Below are positions 9,836 to 15,999 of a stretch of DNA of 15,999 nucleotides, in pieces. The position numbers were made by a program, and so were the translations under genes. Numbering within the stretch: the stretch's first letter is position 1; every line of letters starts with the position of its first letter. A model generated the notes under the pieces. The model did not search any database. It was not told where the DNA came from and saw only the letters and a program-made list of their open reading frames with translations. The DNA lies in the NCBI RefSeq assembly GCF_006345805.1, contig NW_021825315.1, positions 1 through 15,999 of the forward strand, in the 5' to 3' direction. Source of the stretch: Octopus sinensis (Eukaryota).

Positions 9836-10050
9836 TATTTCTTTATTGCACACAAGGGGCTAAACACAGAGATGACAAACAAGGACAGTCTAACGGATTA
9901 AGTCGATTACATTGACCCCTGTGCGTAACTGGTACTTTATTTATCGACCCCGAAAGGATGAAAGGCAAAGTCAACCTCGGCAGAATTTGAACTCAGAACG
10001 TAACGGCAGAGGAAATACCTATTTCTTTACTAACAATTCTGCCAGCGCTT
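9833..10050 (-). mobile_element. SINE family B (copy B4, tail type 2, head rearranged)
   Basis: CACAAGGGGCTAAACACAGAG...AGTCGATTACATTGACCCC...ATCGACCCCGAAAGGATGAAAGGCAAAGTCAACCTCGGCAGAATTTGAACTCAGAACG matches 10468-10706. Confidence 0.92.
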
Positions 10051-10313
10051 ATAATGTCAAATTATTATATTTTATAAAATGTGGGTGCCTGTGTCTGTGG
10101 CCTCAACAAAGTAGTACACACGTAAAATGAAAATAAAGATGTAAAAAGAAACTACTTGAGTTTGTGCTTCGTTGCTTTATCATCAAGTGATATACTTTTT
10201 GTATTTCATTATTGTTTTTTCTCTCGTTTTATTTTTAGTTGTTGGTGAAGTGACTTGTTAGTGCATGTAATATTTTTTTTAAACGTGTTGAAGTGTAGAC
10301 TTGTATATTATAA

Positions 10314-10467
10314 TTTTTTCTACTCTACGCACAAGGCCGCAAATTTTGGTCGGCGGGAGCCAGTTGATTAGATCGACCCAGTACGCGACTGGAACTTAAT
10401 TCATCAACCCCGAAAGGATGAAAGGCAAAGTCGACCTCGGCGGAATTTGAACTCAGAACGAAATACC
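10314..10467 (-). mobile_element. SINE family B (copy B5, tail type 1, lacks A-box half of head)
   Basis: The tail TTTTCTACTCTACGCACAAGGCCGCAAATTTTGG resembles the B1 tail and the body matches B4 and B6. The copy stops at GAAATACC. Confidence 0.9.
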
Positions 10468-10706
10468 TATTTCTATTTCTTTACTACTCACAAGGGACTA
10501 AACGCAGAGAGGACAAACAATGACAGTCAAACGAATTAAGTCGATTACATCGACCCCAGTGCGTAACTGGTACGTATTTAATCGACCCCGAAAGGATGAA
10601 AGGCAAAGTTAAACTCGGCGGAATTTGAACTCAGAACGTAGATGCAGACAAAATACCGCTAAGCATTGCGCCCGACGTGCTACCGCTTCTGCCAGCTCAC
10701 CGCCTT
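10468..10706 (-). mobile_element. SINE family B (copy B6, full length, tail type 2)
   Basis: The minus strand starts AAGGCGGTGAGCTGGCAGAAGCGGTAGCACG (A box) and has the B box AGTTCAAATTCC. The body CTTTCATCCTTTCGGGGTCGAT resembles the Meta domain as I recall it. Confidence 0.95.
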
Positions 10707-10814
10707 CTGGCATATTATAATGTAGTGTTTTGGTAAGTATTCAAGCAGAATGTTTTAAGAATGCAAGCATTGCTGTTGTTGTTATTGTTGTTGTCTATTG
10801 TTTCAACCTGTCCT

Positions 10815-10908
10815 GCTTTCAAATTTTGGCTCAAAGCCAGCAATTTCGGGGGAGAGGATGAGTCGATTACATCGAACCCAGTGCTCGACTGATACTTATT
10901 TTATCGAC
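10815..10908 (-). mobile_element. SINE family B (copy B7, 3' part only, tail type 3)
   Basis: TTTCAAATTTTGGCTCAAAGCCAGCAATTTCGGGGG...AGTCGATTACATCGAACCCAGTGCTCGACTGATACTTATTTTATCGAC, after which the homology ends abruptly. Confidence 0.88.
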
Positions 10909-11207
10909 AACTACACACCATTTTTGGCACTTGAGGCTTTGGGAACTAGACAAAAATTGCTGCAGCTCGGCTGGGATGTGTTACCCCAACCTCCATATTC
11001 ACCAGATATTGCTCCTTCGGATTTCCACTTATTCAGGTTTCTGCAGAATAGTCTTAATCGTAAAAATATCAATTCCTTGGATGATGTAAAGAGATACCTT
11101 GAATTCTTTGCCATAAACCACCTCAATTCTGGGAAGGAGATATATTGAAGTTAAAGGAAAGATGGAGACGCATTATGCAACAAAATGGTTCATATTTGGT
11201 TGATTAA
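10906..11207 (+). pseudogene. Mariner transposase remnant (catalytic-domain C-terminal half, frameshifted)
   Basis: Translation gives DN...TRQKLLQLGWDVLPQPPYSPDIAPSDFHLFRFLQNSL, with the YSPD(L/I)APSD motif at 10996-11022. A 1-nt frameshift near 11115 continues as PPQFWEGDILKLKERWRRIMQQNGSYLVD* with the stop at 11205-11207. Confidence 0.93.
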
Positions 11208-11281
11208 AAATGTAATGGCAAGTATTAATTGACCGTTTCTTTCCTTTAAAAATCGGTATGAACTTTCCGGATAAACCAATA
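10906..11281 (+). mobile_element. Mariner (Tc1/mariner superfamily) transposon, 3' fragment with right TIR
   Basis: The fragment encodes a transposase C-terminus. It ends in AAAATCGGTATGAACTTTCCGGATAAACCAATA, a mariner-type TIR of about 30 bp, followed directly by TA at 11282-11283. Confidence 0.93.
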
Positions 11282-11283
11282 TA

Positions 11284-11380
11284 TACTAGTTCAAATTTCA
11301 CTGGGTTAAAATTTGCTTCTCATTTCCCCATCACCAGGGAATATATTGTACTTGATCTAACTGACACAAGTACGCACCTC
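11284..11380 (+). mobile_element. Degenerate SINE-B-like fragment
   Basis: AGTTCAAATTTCACTGGGTTAAAATTTGCTTCTCAT resembles the family-B AGTTCAAATTCCGCCGAGGTCGACTTTGCCTTTCAT. The head is cut off at the mariner end. Confidence 0.5.
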
Positions 11381-11432
11381 CTTCCGAACTTATTGACTTA
11401 TGTAGCAATGTTTGCAACATAGAGTTGGTGGA

Positions 11433-11600
11433 TCAGAAGAATCGGTAGATTATCAGACAAAATATCATGCGGTATTTATTTGCATATATTTAAATTCTGA
11501 GCTGAAGTGGTACCAAAGTTGTCATTCATAACGCTCAATCTTTTCGGACTTTACGAACAAAACGACAGCCGAGTACAGGAGTTGGTTGAAACGCTTACCA
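11433..11600 (+). mobile_element. Old degenerate SINE-B-like copy
   Basis: GAAGAATCGGTAG...GACAAAAT...GCGGTATTT...TTCTGAG...CAATCTTTTCGG shows family-B motifs in order but at low identity. Confidence 0.45.
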
Positions 11601-11721
11601 CCTCTACAAACACATATATACCTATTTACATACATACATACATGCGTGTATGTATGTATATGTGTATGCATACATACATACATACACACATACATACTTA
11701 CAGACAGACTGACAGAAATAA

Positions 11722-12047
11722 GGAGCACTCCATCGTTTGCGACGACGAGGGTCCCAGCTGCTACGATCAATGGAACAGCTTGCTCGTGAAATTAACGTGT
11801 AAGTGGCTGAGCACTCCATAGACACGTGTACCCTTAACGTAGTTCTCGGGGAGATTCAGCGTGACACAGAGTGTGACAAGGCTGGCCCTTTGAAATACAG
11901 GTACTACTCATTTTTGCCAGCTGAGTGGACTGGAGCAATGTGAAATAAAGTGTCTTCCTCAAGGACACAACGCACGGCCGGGAATTGAACTCACGACCTT
12001 ACGATCATGAACCGAATGCCCCTAGCCACTAAGCCACGCGCCTTCAC
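11722..12047 (-). mobile_element. tRNA-derived SINE, family C (full length, about 326 bp)
   Basis: The minus strand shows a consensus A box TGGCTTAGTGG, a B box AGTTCAATTCCC, a CORE-like TGTGTCCTTGAGGAAGACACTT and a GC-richer 3' body. Confidence 0.9.
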
Positions 12048-12675
12048 GACATACAGACATACCCTGTTGCTGATGCTGAAATTCCAATGAAGGACCCTTG
12101 GATCTAGGTTAGAAACCGGTTCTTTTTCTATTGGCCAGAAATCTTGAAATAAAATTTAATAATAACATCCATACATACATATACAAATGTGATGTTTTAT
12201 ATCTATGTTAGTTATGGCTTTATTTGTTATAGGACTCTTTCAACGTGGAAGCAGTTATATCGGCTGAAAATGTTATGACAACGGTTTTAAGCCGCAGCTT
12301 TGAGAAACACTTCTTTTGCAGGAGGTACCCCCAGTGACACTTTAAAGACAATTTCACATTTTGATTTTTTTTTTCACATATTTCAACAGATATTACTTTA
12401 CAGAGCAGAAATCAAATGGTATTGCAGAAGCAGAATTTTTTTTTTTTTTTCCTTTTTGTTGGATTATAAATATCATTGAGGGAATGAGTATGAAATTTAA
12501 TTACGCAGTTAAAGGGGTTAATGAAATTTGAAGATCCTTTAAATTCCAGGTAAAATTCCTCAGGATATTTGTTCCAGCATTCTACGCTTTAAGTTCAGAC
12601 CACACCGACGTCAAACTCTCGTTTCAACATTGAGTGTTGACAAACCGAAAGCCAGCCCGATACTAGATTCCAGTT

Positions 12676-12678
<3 letters not shown>

Positions 12679-12718
<40 letters not shown>

Positions 12719-12757
12719 TTATCCTTCTCTCTTTTCTTCACTCTCTTCCTCTCTCTC
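12679..12757. repeat. (CT)n microsatellite / pyrimidine tract
   Basis: Read directly from the sequence. Confidence 0.95.
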
Positions 12758-13155
12758 ACACGCACAAACATAAACATACATACACATTGACACAAACAAA
12801 TACAGAATCAGCTACAAGAAAGGGCCAAAAAATCTACGTTCCCACCACAGTCTCATCAAATGCTCCTCCACAATTGTGAACAGAAAAGAAAGAAGCTATT
12901 TAATATGTTGATATGTTGCTTTAATACAGAACGTTTTGTCTTTCCGACTCACACAATGCAGAGATAGGAACTTTAGCAGACTGTTGAGAGTATTTGTCTG
13001 ATGGTAAAATTATTTTCTTTTATCTGTCCGCACTGTTTTATCTTCTGTCTGTATGTGAGCCTGGCTTCTCTTTCATTATCAGTATCCCTTTCGCCATCTT
13101 TCTCCACCCACCTCACTCTCTCTCCCTCCTCTCCCTGTATATATACCTGCGTCAT

Positions 13156-13215
<60 letters not shown>
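13156..13215. repeat. (TG)n(AT)n compound microsatellite
   Basis: Read directly from the sequence. Confidence 0.97.
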
Positions 13216-13216
<1 letters not shown>

Positions 13217-13226
13217 GTTTAAATAT

Positions 13227-13370
13227 TTGTTGTGCAATATTTTTTATGTGAAGTCGTGTGTTGAAACAGATATTGTTGTATTTAGGAATGGTCATTTTGC
13301 CAGTTTAGCCAATAAAAACACACGCACTATATATTTGGTGTTACTTTGCTTCAGTGATATTTATTTTTAA
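13227..13370 (+). repeat. Interspersed repeat fragment related to the element at 15640-15711
   Basis: 13240-13298 aligns ungapped to 15653-15711 with 47/59 identity. The right boundary is approximate. Confidence 0.65.
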
Positions 13371-13387
13371 AATGACCTTTCCTAAAT

Positions 13388-13435
<48 letters not shown>

Positions 13436-13561
13436 GCGAGAAGTTGAGGTTATAAGAGATAATGGTGTCATTGAGACCAAAAGGTATCAGGTAATGCTGA
13501 ATAAGTGCTATAGACAGACCATAGTTAAGTTCCTTCACAAAAGACTTTCCTCTTACTCCTC

Positions 13562-13741
13562 CTTTCCAAAACTAAGGACCTAATCCGAAAAATGTGATGG
13601 AAGGCTTTTTTCCATGATAATCATAAGTATAAAACTGACAATAATAACATTAATTACAACCTCAAGTGATATAAGAACCCTCTGCAAAACCCTCATCTAG
13701 AAAAATTTGAAGCGGATATGATCAATTTGATCACATCTAAA
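13562..13741 (+). pseudogene. Decayed N-terminal ORF fragment of a Penelope-like retroelement (upstream of the RT domain)
   Basis: One frame reads LSKTKDLIRKM*WKAFFHDN-HKYKTDNNNINYNLK*YKNPLQNPHLEKFEADMINLITSK. This matches the pattern I recall from marine-invertebrate PLE polyproteins, (V/L)IKRMRWKAFF...Y.(F/L)KS..(C/T)PPQ..EL..FE.DL..L(I/V). Two in-frame stops are present; the first is TGA, probably from CGA (Arg). Confidence 0.7.
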
Positions 13742-13913
13742 GTAAGTATGATTTAACTATCCTCTCACATCATCTCCAATGAAGAGACATAATTAATAAA
13801 TATCCTAGAAACAGCTGTAAGACCTTCTATCTATAAATGCTCTAATATCTACACAGCCTTGGGGTTTTTTTTATCGTATTATGCAAAAAATTTATATATA
13901 TATATATATATAA

Positions 13914-14120
13914 CGGAATCTGGACAAATTTCTTCAAGGAATACCAGATAAGCCAGATAACCTATATCTGGATACAATTCGCTCAACAAGAAGCTTCTAC
14001 TAGAATGGACCATGATACCACAAAACTTGACTTAAAATGTGTTTAGATAATCCTATCAGGTGGTGCTACTAAGTTAGACATGGCCTGGGCCAATCTTTGG
14101 TCGAAACATGTCTAAGTTTA
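13914..14120 (+). mobile_element. 3' end of a CR1-group LINE (ORF2 C-terminus, 3' UTR stem-loop, TA-rich tail)
   Basis: RNLDKFLQGIPDKP (13914-13955) is followed after a frameshift by SGYNSLNKKLLLEWTMIPQNLT* (stop 14033-14035). This resembles the LDKFL..IPD.P motif at the end of CR1-type ORF2. The stem TTAGACATG/CATGTCTAA (14074-14115) encloses the hairpin GGCCAA-TCT-TTGGTC. Confidence 0.7.
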
Positions 14121-14249
14121 TGTATATATTTATATATATATATATTGATAGAAATAGCAAGACAATAAAAGAATGAAAGAGACCTCAATATTATGTAAAT
14201 AGAGGAATTTATCTATAAATATAATATGTGACAATTATTCGGTGGCCAT

Positions 14250-14310
14250 GATAAAACACCGAGTTTCGGGTGTCGGGGCGGAAACCCACGCCGGTATCTC
14301 TTCATTTATC
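14250..14310 (-). ncRNA. Degenerate type I hammerhead ribozyme motif (left copy; C3-to-A in core)
   Basis: Minus strand: GATAA-ATGAAGA-GATA(22 nt)CACC-C-GAAA-CTCGGTG-TT-TTATC. Stem I is GATAA/TTATC, extended by TGGCC/GGCCA across a 1x2 internal loop. Confidence 0.6.
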
Positions 14311-14702
14311 GGGCCATTGAAAAAAATTGCTATGAAAATGACCGTTAAAACAAAGGGAATTTACTGTGTGATTGACCGTTATTAAGACAAAAGAGCAATT
14401 AGAATGACCGCTAAATAAGGGAGTAAAAGTGTTCATTGTAATCGCGTAAGCGCGCATGTCCTTACGTATACATGCGCGCCCGACCATCCACGTACATGCG
14501 CCTATATGTATATAACCATCCACTCTCACTTGAAACACACACATGCTCACCCAAAAATATATACATACCCGCATACACGCTTTACTCCCCTCCGCTTACT
14601 TAGCGGTCATTCTAATAGCACTTTTCTCTTAATAACGGTCAATCACACGGTAATTTCCTTTTCTTTTAACGGTCATTTTCATAGCATTTTTTTCGATGGC
14701 CC

Positions 14703-14763
14703 GATAACTAAAGAGATGCCGGCGTGGATTTCCACCCCGACATCCGAAATTCGGAGATTTATC
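14703..14763 (+). ncRNA. Degenerate type I hammerhead ribozyme motif (right copy; G5-to-A and U16.1-to-A)
   Basis: GATAA-CTAAAGA-GATG(22 nt)CATC-C-GAAA-TTCGGAG-AT-TTATC. Stem I and the base of stem II are intact. Confidence 0.6.
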
Positions 14764-14795
14764 AAAGCTACCGAATAATTGTCACATATTATATT

Positions 14796-14850
<55 letters not shown>

Positions 14851-14852
14851 AT

Positions 14853-15193
14853 GCGGTGGCGTGGCTATGTCGTAAGAAGCTTGCTTCCCAACCACATGGT
14901 TCCGGGTTAAGTCAGACTGCGTGGCAGCTTCGTGCCTTCTACTGTAGCCTCGGGCCGACCAAATCCTTGTGAGTGGATTTGGTAGGCGGAAACTCTGTGT
15001 GTGTGTGTGTGTTCTCCACCATCGCTTGACAACTGATGATGGAGTATTTAGCGGTTCGGTAAAACGAACCGACAGAATAAGTACTAGGCTTACAAACAAT
15101 AAGTTCTGGGGGTCGAATTGTTCGGCTAAAGGCGCTGCTCCAGCATGGCCACAGGCAAATGACTGAGACAAGTAAAAGAATAAAAGAGTAAAA
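14853..15193 (+). mobile_element. SINE family A (copy A5, near full length with internal deletions)
   Basis: GTGGCTATGTCGTAAGAAGCTTGCTTCCCAACCACATGGTTCCGGGTT...GCTCCAGCATGGCCACAGGCAAATGACTGAGACAAGTAAAAGAATAAAAGAG. Confidence 0.92.
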
Positions 15194-15241
15194 TATATTG
15201 TGTGCGTGTATATATATATATATACACACACAATATATTAT

Positions 15242-15272
<31 letters not shown>

Positions 15273-15302
15273 TGTATAAATGAGGGTGTTTACATAATAC
15301 AT

Positions 15303-15603
15303 ACTCTTTATACTTGTTTCAGTCATTTTGACTGCGGCCATGCTGGAGCAGCGCCTTAGTCGAGCAATCGACCCGGGGACTTATTCTTTGTAAGCCTAGT
15401 ACTTTTCTACGGTCTCTTTTGCCGAACGCTAGTGACGGGACGGACCGTAAACACACAAAAGCATCGGTTGTCAAGCAATGCTAGGGGGACAAAACACAGA
15501 CACACAGACACACAAACATACACGCAATATATATAATATATACATATATACGTCGGGTTTCTTTCAGTTTCCGTCTACCAAATCCACTCACAAGGCTTTG
15601 GTC
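15303..15603 (-). mobile_element. SINE family A (copy A6, 5'-truncated)
   Basis: Runs from the tail ACTCTTTATACTTGTTTCAGTC to CACTCACAAGGCTTTGGTC. The tRNA-like head is missing. Confidence 0.92.
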
Positions 15604-15639
15604 CGAAATACCATTAAGAAAAACGACATGCTTTTGGAT

Positions 15640-15876
15640 TTGGTTTGCAAGATTCTTTATGTGAGTTCGTGTGTTGAAGCATATTCTGTTGTATCTGGGG
15701 AGAGTCATTTTCTTTTTGTGCCTTATAATTTAACACGCTCACCGGTAAAATTTCCACTTCATGACTATTGAAAAGGTTGCAAGACGCAATGAAAATTTTA
15801 GGAAAATAAAAATAAGAAATTTTACCGGTGAGTGTATTAAATTATAAGGCACAGAATGAAAATGACTCTCCCCAGA
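15640..15876. repeat. Inverted-repeat element, 61-bp arms (15694-15754 / 15816-15876) with a 61-bp spacer
   Basis: The arms are 57/61 identical in reverse complement. The left arm extends upstream into sequence homologous to 13227-13298. Confidence 0.85.
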
Positions 15877-15999
15877 CAGAACAGGACATATTTATGATCT
15901 GGAGAAAAGATGACGGTCGTTGAAACGTGTTTCTACTTCAATAGTGATCAACCGCATAATAGTTGTTCTACCCAATTTTCAGCAACCAAAGGACAGAGG

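Larger units (their letters stand above)
14146..14799. mobile_element. Long inverted repeat (arms 14214-14427 and 14581-14799), probable inverted pair of PLE terminal repeats
   Basis: The arms differ by about 21 substitutions and 2 indels over about 214 bp (roughly 90%, hand count) and enclose a 153-bp spacer. The left arm continues about 68 bp further outward. Each arm contains a hammerhead-like motif, and no TSD was seen. Confidence 0.75.

Noticed and set aside
9668-10908. Recurring 60-100 bp direct repeats that could suggest a CRISPR-like array
   Set aside because: Spacing is irregular, the repeats are too long and carry Pol III boxes, and the context is eukaryotic with no cas genes.
10906-11022. 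37 residues between the last two catalytic Asp residues (DD37D-like spacing)
   Set aside because: The surrounding motifs are canonical DD34D mariner (YSPDIAPSD). The three extra codons lie in the degraded segment next to the fusion junction and are best read as a post-insertion indel.
11975-12047. tRNA-like sequence with good A and B boxes (also 2627-2698)
   Set aside because: The 3' acceptor strand does not close a cloverleaf and the sequence runs straight into a SINE body, so it is a SINE head and not a tRNA gene.
12060-12165. Segment that feels like a familiar interspersed repeat (GAAATTCCAATGAAGG...CTAGGTTAGAAACCGG)
   Set aside because: There is no second copy or diagnostic motif in the window, so it cannot be supported without a BLAST search.
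14083-14112. Hammerhead-like CTG...stem...CGAAACATGTC
   Set aside because: The CUGANGA box is absent (CTGGGCC) and no stem I flanks the core. It is better explained as a LINE 3' stem-loop.

Overview
AT-rich, microsatellite-dense eukaryotic non-coding DNA. The SINE families look like those I recall from Octopus (coleoid cephalopod) genomes; this is recognition from memory, not a database search. I find no intact protein-coding gene, rRNA, true tRNA gene or CRISPR array, and nearly every ORF in the track is a translation of simple repeats or antisense SINE. The window is a stack of transposable-element debris. It holds about 18 tRNA-derived SINE copies or fragments from four families, labelled SINE-A to SINE-D here. 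It also holds a mariner transposase 3' fragment with its right TIR and TA (10906-11283), a 261-bp MITE with about 77-bp TIRs (5179-5439), a CR1-like LINE 3' end (13914-14120) and a decayed Penelope-like element (PLE) ORF fragment (13562-13741). Three further long inverted repeats are present (105-246, 14214-14799, 15694-15876). The most interesting feature is the roughly 215-bp inverted repeat at 14214-14799. Each arm carries a damaged type I hammerhead-ribozyme motif, and the two arms are damaged at different core positions, so their consensus rebuilds a complete hammerhead. This points to an inverted pair of PLE terminal repeats.
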